The position numbers and the translations under genes are program-made. Below, one piece after another: positions 1 to 9,655 of a stretch of 64,000 nt of DNA. Under the pieces are notes generated by a model. That model had not been told where the DNA came from. It searched no databases and was given only the letters and a program-made list of their open reading frames with translations. The first letter of the stretch is position 1. Each line of letters opens with the position of its first letter. The DNA is from Candidatus Woesearchaeota archaeon (GTDB taxonomy: Archaea > Nanobdellota > Nanobdellia > Woesearchaeales > GW2011-AR9): the NCBI GenBank assembly GCA_018696595.1, contig JABHQW010000003.1, positions 32,001 to 96,000 on the forward strand, read 5' to 3'.

Positions 1-2
1 AT

Positions 3-2273
3 TTAGTTGGTTACAAAGGAGATGATTTGAGAGATTGTGGTATCATTGATGTGCAGTTCGCTCAGAAAAACAACGATTTTTCTGGCGTGCCACAAACTCC
101 TGGAGTTTGTCAGCACATTAAGGAAATGGATTTGCAAGTTCTCAGTCCAGTAAAAAGTCTTGTTGATACAGATTATATGATGAAACATAACAAGATGTAT
201 GAACTGATGCACAAACTTGTACAAGAACATCGTACTACTGTAATTTTTACAAATACTAGATCTGCTACAGAAAGGGTTGTTCATAATCTTAAAGAAAGAT
301 TTCCAAAATTATACAACGACACAAACATAGCTGCTCATCACGGCAGTTTAGGGAAAGAAGCGCGATTCAAAACTGAACAGGACTTAAGAGAAGGAAATCT
401 AAAAGTTGTTGTTTCTTCAACAAGTTTAGAATTAGGAATTGATATTGGGTATGTAGATATAGTTCTTTGTTTAGGAAGTCCTAAATCTGTAGCCCGTTTC
501 CTTCAAAGAGCTGGTCGGGCAGGGCATCAATTACACTCTACAGTAAAAGCTAGAATAATTGTTATGGACAGAGATGATTTAGTTGAATGTTCTCTGTTAC
601 TAAAAGCGGCTAAAGAAAGAAAGATTGACAGAATTCATATTCCAATCAATGCTTTAGATGTTTTAGCGCAACACATTTACGGTATCGCAATTAATGGAGT
701 TATTAATATTTATGAAATGTTTCATCTGATTAAGAATTGTTATTGTTATCATGATTTAACGTGGGATGATTTTTTTGAATTAATAAAATATCTCTCTGGA
801 GAATATGTTTCTTTAGAAGAACGATACGTTTATGCCAGAATATGGTACGATCAAGAAACTGGTAATATTGGTAAGAGGGGTAAACTAGCTAGAGTAATTT
901 ACATGACAAATATTGGAACAATCCCCGAAGAAACTTTTGTTAAAGTTAAAGTTGGCGAACAAATTGTAGGATCTATTGATGAGGGTTTCTTAGAACGTTT
1001 AAGACCAGGAGATGTTTTTGTTTTAGGTGGAAGTGTTTACATGTTTAAATTTAGTAGAGGGATGACTGCACAAGTTAGTACTTCTGTAAATCGACCACCA
1101 ACAGTTCCATCTTGGTTTTCAGAAATGTTACCTTTAAGTTTTGATTTAGCGATGGAAATTAATAAATTCAGATTTTTAATGGAAGATAAGTTCAAACAAA
1201 ATCTTAACAAAAAAGAAATGCTCAAATTTATCAATGAATATCTTTATGTTGATGATAAGGCTGCAAATTCAATTTATCAATTTTTTTATGAACAATATCA
1301 GTTCTCTGAAATTCCTTCTGGTAAAAAGATTGTGGTTGAGAAATATTCAGAACGAGGAATGAATTATGTTATCTTTAATACTTTATTTGGAAGAAGAGTT
1401 AATGATTGTCTTGCTAGATCTCTTGCTTATGCCATTGGCCGTTCACAACATCGAGATGTAGAAATAGGAATTACTGATAATGGTTTTTATTTGTCTTCTG
1501 ATAAACTGTTTAATGCTTTACGTGCATTTGAATTGTTAAAAACAGAAGACTTTAGGTCAATACTAGAGAATGCTATCGAAAGAAGCGAAGTGCTTTCCAG
1601 AAGGTTTAGACATTGTGCTGTACGTTCGTTAATGATTCTTCGTTCATATATGGGACGAAAGAAAAGTGCTGGAAGAATGCAAGTTGGTAGTAGAATTTTA
1701 TTTAATGCAGTTAAACGAATTGGTAATAATTTTCCTATTCTGAAAGAAGCAAGAAGAGAAGTTCTTGAAGACTTAATGGATTATAAGAATGCGCAAGTAA
1801 TAATTGATGGTGTAATTGATGGAACTGTTTCTTTAGTTGAAACAAATAATCTGATGCCTAGTCCGTTTGCTTTTGGTTTAATCATCGGTGGTTATTCTGA
1901 TGTGATTAAAATTGAAGATAAACAAGAATTCTTGAAACGAATGCATCAAATGGTTCTGGCCAAGATTGCTCTTAAGGATGGTAAGAAGCTAATTAAGAAA
2001 AAGAAAGAAGAGTTTTCTTATGTTGGTTTTTGGGATGAACAGAAAAAGAAGCAAGAAGAACGTAAAGATGTTCTTCAAGAAAAGTTAAAAATGCAAATCT
2101 GGAATCTGAAACGTGTACCTGTTTACGCTAAAGAAGAGTTGGTTAAATTAGTTGAAACTGGTAATATGGGTAAAAAAGTTTGGGAAGAAATTGATAATCA
2201 TAAAGAAGAAGTTGAGAAAGTTTGGCCTGACGAGTTAAGGGAGTTTGTCTTTGGTAAGAAGAGAATTGTTTGA
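3..2273 (+). CDS. lhr: Lhr-family ATP-dependent helicase, 5' truncated by the window edge
   Basis: SF2 motifs IFTNTRS, HHGSL, STSLELGIDIG and QRAGRAGH plus an Lhr-type C-terminal region. The frame is open from base 3, so the true start lies upstream of the window. Confidence 0.9.
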   Translation, partial: LVGYKGDDLRDCGIIDVQFAQKNNDFSGVPQTPGVCQHIKEMDLQVLSPVKSLVDTDYMMKHNKMYELMHKLVQEHRTTVIFTNTRSATERVVHNLKERFPKLYNDTNIAAHHGSLGKEARFKTEQDLREGNLKVVVSSTSLELGIDIGYVDIVLCLGSPKSVARFLQRAGRAGHQLHSTVKARIIVMDRDDLVECSLLLKAAKERKIDRIHIPINALDVLAQHIYGIAINGVINIYEMFHLIKNCYCYHDLTWDDFFELIKYLSGEYVSLEERYVYARIWYDQETGNIGKRGKLARVIYMTNIGTIPEETFVKVKVGEQIVGSIDEGFLERLRPGDVFVLGGSVYMFKFSRGMTAQVSTSVNRPPTVPSWFSEMLPLSFDLAMEINKFRFLMEDKFKQNLNKKEMLKFINEYLYVDDKAANSIYQFFYEQYQFSEIPSGKKIVVEKYSERGMNYVIFNTLFGRRVNDCLARSLAYAIGRSQHRDVEIGITDNGFYLSSDKLFNALRAFELLKTEDFRSILENAIERSEVLSRRFRHCAVRSLMILRSYMGRKKSAGRMQVGSRILFNAVKRIGNNFPILKEARREVLEDLMDYKNAQVIIDGVIDGTVSLVETNNLMPSPFAFGLIIGGYSDVIKIEDKQEFLKRMHQMVLAKIALKDGKKLIKKKKEEFSYVGFWDEQKKKQEERKDVLQEKLKMQIWNLKRVPVYAKEELVKLVETGNMGKKVWEEIDNHKEEVEKVWPDELREFVFGKKRIV

Positions 2274-2277
2274 AATC

Positions 2278-2290
2278 CGTAAATCTTGCG
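2278..2290. promoter_or_regulatory. Degenerate 13-bp pseudo-palindromic operator upstream of the kinase operon TATA box
   Basis: CGTAAATCTTGCG resembles sites at 14642, 14692, 17482 and 17533. TATA-like TTTATATA lies at about 2306-2313. Confidence 0.4.
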
Positions 2291-2336
2291 TTTTTCTTAG
2301 AAATGTTTATATATTTATTACTTTTAAGTAGAGATT

Positions 2337-4763
2337 ATGGCGTCTGGCACTAAATTTGATGATGAATTTGATAATATTTTTTCTTTAGATGATCCTATTA
2401 CGGATGATTTGGAAGAAATACTTAATTCTGAAGTAAATCTGAAATTAGCTCCAGAACAAGAGTTAAGATATAAAGAAGTATTAGATGTTACTCAAGTATT
2501 ATCCTTCCCAGATGGTGTAAAAAAAGAATTACCAGATTTTATTAAAAGAATTTTTTCTAATGGGAATTATAATCAGATCTCAAATGTTTGTTTATTAAAC
2601 TCTTTGAGGAATCTTTCTCGGTTCAAAAAAATCGATCCAGAAAGGATCGGAAGAACATTAATTTATGAGTATTTAACTATCACTGAAATTTGTGAAGAAC
2701 AAGAATCAGATAAACCTAATTCTTTTGATGATACTACATCTCTTGAAGATAGATTTTCTGGATTAATAGAATCATTTAATACTTTTAGGGAAAAAAATTA
2801 TTTTTGTAATCAAGAAAGTTTTTTTTCGAGTCTTTATTCTGTTAGAGATATAATTAAAAAATTTTTAACTTTAACTCCTAAAACTTTAGGAAATATTTCT
2901 AAACTGCTTTCTGTCTTTCTTCCATTATCTCCAGAATATCTTCTTGAGAATGATTGGGACACTATCAGAACTTCCAGAGAAGCAATTTCCTATTATTTAT
3001 CAATAGTAAAACAATTAGATGACCCTCAAACAATTAATGCTTTTGAGTCAACATTTGGTTCTTTCCTAAGGGAAAATCCGTCTGGTAACATAGACGAAGT
3101 TGAACGTGAGCTAATAGTTAGGAAAGAGATTGCAGAACTAATTAATCCATTTAGTTCAGAAGCTAAACCTTACTTAATTTATTTCTATAATTATTTATGT
3201 AAAAAGTCTGTTCCTGAAGAGCGTACTTATTTAATTAAAGATAGTACAAAGTTTTTTGATGAAAATTTGCCAAAACTTTTAGATATTAATTCAAAATGTT
3301 ATTATGGGGTATTTATGAGGTTAGCTTTTACTCAATGTTTTAGAAATGATAAACAGGGTTGTGATTTATCAGCTTTGGAAGAAATTTTTAATAAAGATAT
3401 TGATGATGTTTTACCATTATCTAATTTCTTAGATAATTTAAATATTGATTTAAATATAGATCTCTCTGTTGATTCTGTTAATGACCCTGATGATTCTCTT
3501 TTAACTAAATATCAAGATCTAAGACAACCATATGATGAGTTCTGGTTCTTCAATAGTTTATCATTTTATTATTTATCACGTACAGAAAGCGAAAAGAAAC
3601 AATGTTTGTTTGACTTAGAAATCATGAAGCACGACCCTCTTTCTATGTTAATGGCAAATCGCTCTTTGAGTTCCTGGAATCCCAAAGATAAGAATAATAG
3701 AGTTGAGGAAGAACTAAATATTATTGCTTGCTTATATGCAGGTGGTTTTTCTATTGAAGAAAAGATAAAAGCTCATTCTTCTCTAAGCCCTTTCCAAGAC
3801 CCAGAATATAACCAGAAGTTTAGAAGATTACTAGGTAATTTAAATGATATCAATGAGATTTGTGAATGTGCAGAGATTAATATGCAAATTGGTGATTATG
3901 ATGTCATCAGAAGATTAGGCTTTGGATCTGGTGGGTCTGTTTATTTAATCAATTCAAAGAATATGAAACGGAAAAGAGTATTAAAGATAATTAAGGAGGA
4001 GAAACATAGAAAAGAAGAAACTGAACTTATGGCAAGATTGAAAGGAAAAGATCTTGATAACATTGTTCAGATTCACGAGGCTGGAGAGAATATTGCTGTT
4101 GTCGCTGGTGAAGAAAAATACGCGATCGTCATGGAATATATTGATGGACAGACTTTACGTGAATTAGTTGATGCTGGACCACTTTCTAAAGATAAAGTTT
4201 TAGAATATGGGACACAAATATTTAATGGAATCTTAAGCCTACAATCTTATGGTATAACTCATCGAGATTTGAATTTGAAGAATATTAAAGTTAATAGTGA
4301 TGGTGTTGTTAAAATATTAGATCTGGGGATTGCTACTGATGAAAATGAACCTAAAGGAAAAGATGCTAGACGTTTTGGTGTTCCTTCAGATATGAAATCA
4401 AACGATCTTTTTTCCTTAGGTTTAATTCTTTATCAGTTATCTTCTGGTGACCATCTTATCTTAGAAAAGAGGGACAGAAGTAGTTATTCTCATGCAGAAG
4501 AGGTTGCCATACTAAAAGAAAAACTTTATGAAAATAATCAAATAGCATCTTTATATCAAGAGAAAATTTGTGGGAACATCCCAAAAGAGTTACAAGCAAT
4601 AATTTATGCTTGTTTAGAAAATCCTATTGGGAATGTAGAGGATGTTAAAGAAGCATTTGAACAGACAAGAGATGACTTACGTTATTATTTAATGGATAAG
4701 ACTGATTTAATTGCAAGAATCCATGAGCTAGAATCAAAGGATAATCTGGTGATTAAAAAATGA
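2337..4763 (+). CDS. Hanks-type Ser/Thr protein kinase with a large helical N-terminal region
   Basis: C-terminal LGFGSGGSVY, VLKII, HRDLNLKNI, ILDLGIA and DLFSLG motifs. The ~510-aa N-terminus was not recognised. Confidence 0.88.
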   Translation: MASGTKFDDEFDNIFSLDDPITDDLEEILNSEVNLKLAPEQELRYKEVLDVTQVLSFPDGVKKELPDFIKRIFSNGNYNQISNVCLLNSLRNLSRFKKIDPERIGRTLIYEYLTITEICEEQESDKPNSFDDTTSLEDRFSGLIESFNTFREKNYFCNQESFFSSLYSVRDIIKKFLTLTPKTLGNISKLLSVFLPLSPEYLLENDWDTIRTSREAISYYLSIVKQLDDPQTINAFESTFGSFLRENPSGNIDEVERELIVRKEIAELINPFSSEAKPYLIYFYNYLCKKSVPEERTYLIKDSTKFFDENLPKLLDINSKCYYGVFMRLAFTQCFRNDKQGCDLSALEEIFNKDIDDVLPLSNFLDNLNIDLNIDLSVDSVNDPDDSLLTKYQDLRQPYDEFWFFNSLSFYYLSRTESEKKQCLFDLEIMKHDPLSMLMANRSLSSWNPKDKNNRVEEELNIIACLYAGGFSIEEKIKAHSSLSPFQDPEYNQKFRRLLGNLNDINEICECAEINMQIGDYDVIRRLGFGSGGSVYLINSKNMKRKRVLKIIKEEKHRKEETELMARLKGKDLDNIVQIHEAGENIAVVAGEEKYAIVMEYIDGQTLRELVDAGPLSKDKVLEYGTQIFNGILSLQSYGITHRDLNLKNIKVNSDGVVKILDLGIATDENEPKGKDARRFGVPSDMKSNDLFSLGLILYQLSSGDHLILEKRDRSSYSHAEEVAILKEKLYENNQIASLYQEKICGNIPKELQAIIYACLENPIGNVEDVKEAFEQTRDDLRYYLMDKTDLIARIHELESKDNLVIKK

Positions 4764-5560
4764 GATTTGAAGAGATTGACATAACTCATCTTTTCCTAGA
4801 TGTTGATGGGACGCTATTTAATAAGAAAAAAGAATATATTCTGGGAAGCGGTTCAATAGAAGATGTTCATGAGTTTTTTCGTTATGTTACATTTACTGAA
4901 GCATTGAAACAAGGCAATGAAATTAATGAAAATGAATTAATTGAAAAGGTTGTTGAAGAATATCATTGTAGGATTCATGAAAATAATCTTCTAGAATATA
5001 CTGCACGATTTTCAAATAATCTAAAACGTCATTATCATGATTTAGTAAGAAAACATGGTTCAAATGGGAAAGTATTCACCCATGAGTTTGAAACTAGTCC
5101 TGGCTTTTTCGCAAAGATAGTTGGAAAGACAGATTTTTCTTCAATACTAACAAAAGACCATAAATTGATTGATACTATTGATACAATTAAGCAGAAGGGC
5201 ATACAGTTGGGTTTGTTAACCACAGAAAGATATGATACAGTAACAACTATTGCAAATGTTCTTGGTTTAAGTTTGGATGATTTTGTAGTTAATACTGGTG
5301 CTGAATATCCAATTCTTTGTTCAGAGAACGTAAAAGAAAAGAAACCTTCACTAGAAGGATTCCAAAAAATAATCACAATAACAAATGCTACTCCTAATAA
5401 AATAGCTTATGTTGGCGATTCTTTAACTAAAGATGTTCATCCTCCATTATCATTGGGAATGAATGCAATCCATGTTACTTGGAAAGATCACCCTCTTAGA
5501 ATTAGAGGAGATTATGTTGAGATGCCAACAATATATCATTTGAGTGAGGTGTTTAAATGA
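4760..5560 (+). CDS. HAD-superfamily hydrolase (phosphatase)
   Basis: Motif I LDVDGT and motif IV YVGDSLTKD. ATGA overlap with the upstream kinase. Confidence 0.88.
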   Translation: MRFEEIDITHLFLDVDGTLFNKKKEYILGSGSIEDVHEFFRYVTFTEALKQGNEINENELIEKVVEEYHCRIHENNLLEYTARFSNNLKRHYHDLVRKHGSNGKVFTHEFETSPGFFAKIVGKTDFSSILTKDHKLIDTIDTIKQKGIQLGLLTTERYDTVTTIANVLGLSLDDFVVNTGAEYPILCSENVKEKKPSLEGFQKIITITNATPNKIAYVGDSLTKDVHPPLSLGMNAIHVTWKDHPLRIRGDYVEMPTIYHLSEVFK

Positions 5561-6975
5561 TAAGAACAATTATTCAAATTGCTAAATCAGCTGGGGAAAT
5601 CATTGAACAAGAAAAAAAAAATAAACATGAGGTTATGCTTAAAGAAGATAACAGCGTAGTTACAACAGTAGATTTGAAAGTTAACAATTTTATTATTTCT
5701 GAACTAAAGAAGTATTTCCCTGATAAAGAAATAATCAGTGAGGAACTAATCAGTATACCTACAAAAGATTCTTTCTTTATTATTGATCCGTTGGATGGGA
5801 CACAGGAATTCTTGAATTGCATTGATGAACCAGAAAAGTACACCGAGTATGCTGTCCAGATTGCTTATGTGGAAGACGGTTGTCCCATAATGGGTGTTGT
5901 TTATCAACCCGCTATTGATAAATTATATTACGCTGTTAAAAACAAAGGTGCTTTTTTGCAACAAGGAACTAGTATTAAGAGAATTTTTACAAAACAATCT
6001 AATCGTGTTGTTGTGGGTAGATATAATATTGATGAGGATCTAATAAAAATATTAAGCTCGAAATTCTCAAAAACCCTTTCCGAAGTTAGTCAGGTAGGAA
6101 GTTTCGGAATAAAAGTATGCCAAGTTGCTGAAGGTAAGTACAATTCTTTTGTTCATACTAATTTTGATAATAATAAAATTCATGCTTCTTTATGGGACTC
6201 TTCTGCTCCAGACATTATTCTTCGCGAAGCAGGTGGAAGATCATTTGAGATGAAAACTTTAGTGCCCATAGATTATTCTTCTAATAAAATAAACCTTACT
6301 CAGGGGTATATTGCCACTTCAAATAAAAGTAAAGTCATAATTGTTTTTGATGTTGATGGGGTTTTAGGAAACTTTGAGATCCTTAAAGAAAAGAGAGATG
6401 TTGCCCATATTACTGCAGTAGCTAATAATAATCTGATTAGTTTCCAAGAGGCTAAAAAGCTATTTATTACCACTAGGGAAAAACTAAGGGCTGTAGATCA
6501 GTTTTCTACTATTGATACAATGTTTCATCTTGGTATTAGTAAAGAAGAATTTTATAATATAATGAATTCAGTACCTATTGAAGGAGGGATTAGTTGTAAT
6601 CCTAACGCTAAAACAATATTACAGTACTTATCCAAAAATTGTACTTTAGTTGCTTTAACAAATACTCCTTACTTAGCAAATATTGAAACTTTAGACTATT
6701 TAAGATTATTAGAATATTTTGATAAAGTATATTCTATCGATAAATATAATTTTATTAAACCATCAGTGGAAATATTCGAGAGAATAAAGATGGATTTTGG
6801 GGCTGAGCAAGGCTATTCTATTGGTGATAATGCCCATAAAGATTTACTTCCTGCTAAGGAAGCAGGATTTAAAACTATTTTATTTGGAGATAAAAAAAAA
6901 GTAAGTGGTGTTGACTATAAAATAGATGATTTGGCTAAATTAAAAGAAATAATTAATCTAAAAAATGACAATTGA
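5557..6975 (+). CDS. CysQ/inositol-monophosphatase family domain fused to a C-terminal HAD hydrolase
   Basis: SEE, IIDPLDGTQEF and WDSSA (IMPase/CysQ), followed by FDVDGV, KPS and IGDNAHKD (HAD). ATGA overlap with the previous gene. Confidence 0.88.
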   Translation: MIRTIIQIAKSAGEIIEQEKKNKHEVMLKEDNSVVTTVDLKVNNFIISELKKYFPDKEIISEELISIPTKDSFFIIDPLDGTQEFLNCIDEPEKYTEYAVQIAYVEDGCPIMGVVYQPAIDKLYYAVKNKGAFLQQGTSIKRIFTKQSNRVVVGRYNIDEDLIKILSSKFSKTLSEVSQVGSFGIKVCQVAEGKYNSFVHTNFDNNKIHASLWDSSAPDIILREAGGRSFEMKTLVPIDYSSNKINLTQGYIATSNKSKVIIVFDVDGVLGNFEILKEKRDVAHITAVANNNLISFQEAKKLFITTREKLRAVDQFSTIDTMFHLGISKEEFYNIMNSVPIEGGISCNPNAKTILQYLSKNCTLVALTNTPYLANIETLDYLRLLEYFDKVYSIDKYNFIKPSVEIFERIKMDFGAEQGYSIGDNAHKDLLPAKEAGFKTILFGDKKKVSGVDYKIDDLAKLKEIINLKNDN

Positions 6976-9655
6976 TGATAAAATTGAAGAAGAGTACGAT
7001 GTAAGTAAAGAATGTGATCTTAAAAGTATAATTCCAGAAGTTGAAGAACATAAGAAGAAACTTTCTCAAGAGCAATTAGGGGAATTTAATTCTTTAGAAT
7101 CCAAATTAAAGCCATTGACCATTAATAATCCAGATCATGCTCATCCGGGCAACTCAGAAGCTTTAAGAAAAATGGGCAATATTTTTTATGAGAATGAAAT
7201 ATCTAATGATATTGCTTCTCAGTATTATCATCTTGCTTTTGAAGAATATTCTTCTGATGCGAGAATACTTTGTAATCTCGGAATTATTGCTAAAGAAAAA
7301 AATGACTATGAAAAAGCAAAAGAATATTTATGGAAATCTCTTAATTGGAATAAAAGTTTGTGGTTAGCTCATGATGCTCTTACTGATATTCTTAGTGATG
7401 AAAATGATACAACTGGAATGGTCACTTGGATCAATAAATTTATTAATTCTGTTGGAGGTAAGGGGAGTATAATTCAACTAGCGGGGATGGTAGAAGATTC
7501 AGATTATGAAGAAGATAATATTCTTTATCAATCATATGACGCATTAGAGGTTCTTGTTTCTGCAGATTATGGTGAAAGATTTGATGGTTACGATGTTTGC
7601 AAATTAATCCTTTCGGGGATAAATCCTCAACTTGCTAGTCAATATAATGGTCGTTTTGGTGCTTTGGATATTGTTAATTTACATAAAGCAGATTGTTCTC
7701 CAGAAAAAGCTAACACTTACGACGTTCGTTTTGGAGGCTTAGATATTGCACATCTAAAAATGGCAAGAGTAAAGAATGAAGAAGCAATTATTTATCCTGA
7801 ACATTTTGATGGTAGTTGTATATCTGCTTTAGTTCATGAGAATATTTCTCCAGAAGTTGCTGGTTCATATGGCGAGCCTTTAATGCCAACATACTTGAAT
7901 AAAGGATATTCTGGAACAAGCATTACCTGTTTTGTAAAATATGGTCTTAATGATAAAGATGTTAAAGATTATGGTGAACTTCCAAGTTCGGTAATTTGTT
8001 TATTGGTTGAAAATGGAATCTCAGCTGAACAATATAGACCTTATGGAGAAAAATTTGTAGATACAGAAAAGTGGCATAAAGTAGATTGGAAATCTTTAAT
8101 AAAATTGATTAATCGTGCTAAAAACTATGAAGAGATTGCTGAATATGATTCTTCTTTGGGTCTTGATGATATTATTCAACTAAATTACAATTCAATATCC
8201 TCTTCACTTGCTAACCAATATCACGGATTTAACGGTTCACAGATTTCTCGTTTAGTTGAATACAAGATTGAACCAGAAAAGATTCCTGAATATTCAGAAC
8301 GATTTGATAAAGAGGATATATCGTGGTTAGCTAGTTTTAATGTTTCTTCAGAATTTGCAGAAAAATTTGATCCAAGGTTTAAAGGTAATGATATTATCAA
8401 TTTAAAAGATGTGTATTCGCCAGAGATCACTCAATACAATGCTAAAATTCCTGCTATTATAATTAGGGCATTAATTAAAAATAATGTTTCACCTGAAAAA
8501 GCTGAGGAATATTTGAAACATTGGAACGAGTGGGAATTAATTGGGGTTTTTGATGTTCCTTTTGATATTGCTCGTAAATATAAAGAAAATAATGGTTTGC
8601 ACATTGGAAAAATGTATCGAAGCGGAATTATGCCTGAAGAAGCAAACAAATTTGATGATCGTTTTAGATCTGATGGTATTGTAGATTGTATTGAAGCAAA
8701 AGTTAGTCCAGAAATAGCTAATAGTTATCATGGGCGTTTTGATGAATATGGTGTTAGGCAATTAGTTGAGTTTAATTGTGATCCAAAGATTGCTAATACT
8801 TACGATGAGAGATTAAATGCTGAAGCTATTTTATTATTATCTAGCGTTGGTATTTTCCCAGGAATATTTAGTGAGAATTCTGAGATTTATTACAGTCTTT
8901 TAAAAGATATCACTCACTTTGAAGAAGATGATACTGATGATGATCAAGATAGTAATCTTTTAGGTGTTGGTTCACAAGGGATTGTGATTCTAAAGAATGA
9001 AAGTGCTTGGAAGTTTAGTCAGGATATTGATTATGAATATTCATTACTTAAAATGCTGGAGAATCCTAAGAATGTTATAGGGATAAAAAATAAACCAAAA
9101 AAAAGAGTTGCCTTGGAATTAGAATATGTTTCGGGCGACTCACTAAAAACGATTATGGGGAAAAAACTATTATCATTAGATAAAACATACCATTACTCAT
9201 TGGAAATATTTAACGGTCTTCAAGAACTTCGTCAAGCTGGGATTTATCAGCATCGTGATATTCGTCCAGCAAATATTATGGTTGACGAAGAAAAAGAAAG
9301 AGCAATAATAATTGATTTAGGAATTGCTACAACAGACCCATTAGATTTACCTAAAGATAACCGTAGATATGGCGGTCCAAACGATTTAGTTTCTCTTGGA
9401 CAAGTGATGTATAAAATGGCTACTGGCGAACATATTTTTGCTGAATCTGAATCTATGGAAAGAACTATTTACGCAGACAAGTTAAAAGATCATCGTGATT
9501 GGATTTACGAGGAAGATAAGAGATTAGGACCATATCTTAGAATAGTTAATGAAACTGTTACAGATGATAAAGTGGCAGATTTAATAAAATTATGTCTGAC
9601 GGCAAAAGGTACAGAAGAAGATTATCAGAGATTAGAAGAGAGATTTGCAACATAA
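6965..9655 (+). CDS. TPR + ~25-aa repeat + Ser/Thr protein kinase
   Basis: TPR-like ALRKMGNIFYE...ILCNLGIIAKEKNDYEKAKEYLWKSL, then PE.A..Y..RF repeats, then the kinase motifs LGVGSQGIV, WKFS, HRDIRPANI and IIDLGIA. Confidence 0.88.
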   Translation: MTIDDKIEEEYDVSKECDLKSIIPEVEEHKKKLSQEQLGEFNSLESKLKPLTINNPDHAHPGNSEALRKMGNIFYENEISNDIASQYYHLAFEEYSSDARILCNLGIIAKEKNDYEKAKEYLWKSLNWNKSLWLAHDALTDILSDENDTTGMVTWINKFINSVGGKGSIIQLAGMVEDSDYEEDNILYQSYDALEVLVSADYGERFDGYDVCKLILSGINPQLASQYNGRFGALDIVNLHKADCSPEKANTYDVRFGGLDIAHLKMARVKNEEAIIYPEHFDGSCISALVHENISPEVAGSYGEPLMPTYLNKGYSGTSITCFVKYGLNDKDVKDYGELPSSVICLLVENGISAEQYRPYGEKFVDTEKWHKVDWKSLIKLINRAKNYEEIAEYDSSLGLDDIIQLNYNSISSSLANQYHGFNGSQISRLVEYKIEPEKIPEYSERFDKEDISWLASFNVSSEFAEKFDPRFKGNDIINLKDVYSPEITQYNAKIPAIIIRALIKNNVSPEKAEEYLKHWNEWELIGVFDVPFDIARKYKENNGLHIGKMYRSGIMPEEANKFDDRFRSDGIVDCIEAKVSPEIANSYHGRFDEYGVRQLVEFNCDPKIANTYDERLNAEAILLLSSVGIFPGIFSENSEIYYSLLKDITHFEEDDTDDDQDSNLLGVGSQGIVILKNESAWKFSQDIDYEYSLLKMLENPKNVIGIKNKPKKRVALELEYVSGDSLKTIMGKKLLSLDKTYHYSLEIFNGLQELRQAGIYQHRDIRPANIMVDEEKERAIIIDLGIATTDPLDLPKDNRRYGGPNDLVSLGQVMYKMATGEHIFAESESMERTIYADKLKDHRDWIYEEDKRLGPYLRIVNETVTDDKVADLIKLCLTAKGTEEDYQRLEERFAT

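Noticed and set aside
13-26. Track start of the Lhr ORF at 27 as the real start
   Set aside because: The frame is open to the window edge and the N-terminal helicase motifs are missing, so the gene begins upstream.
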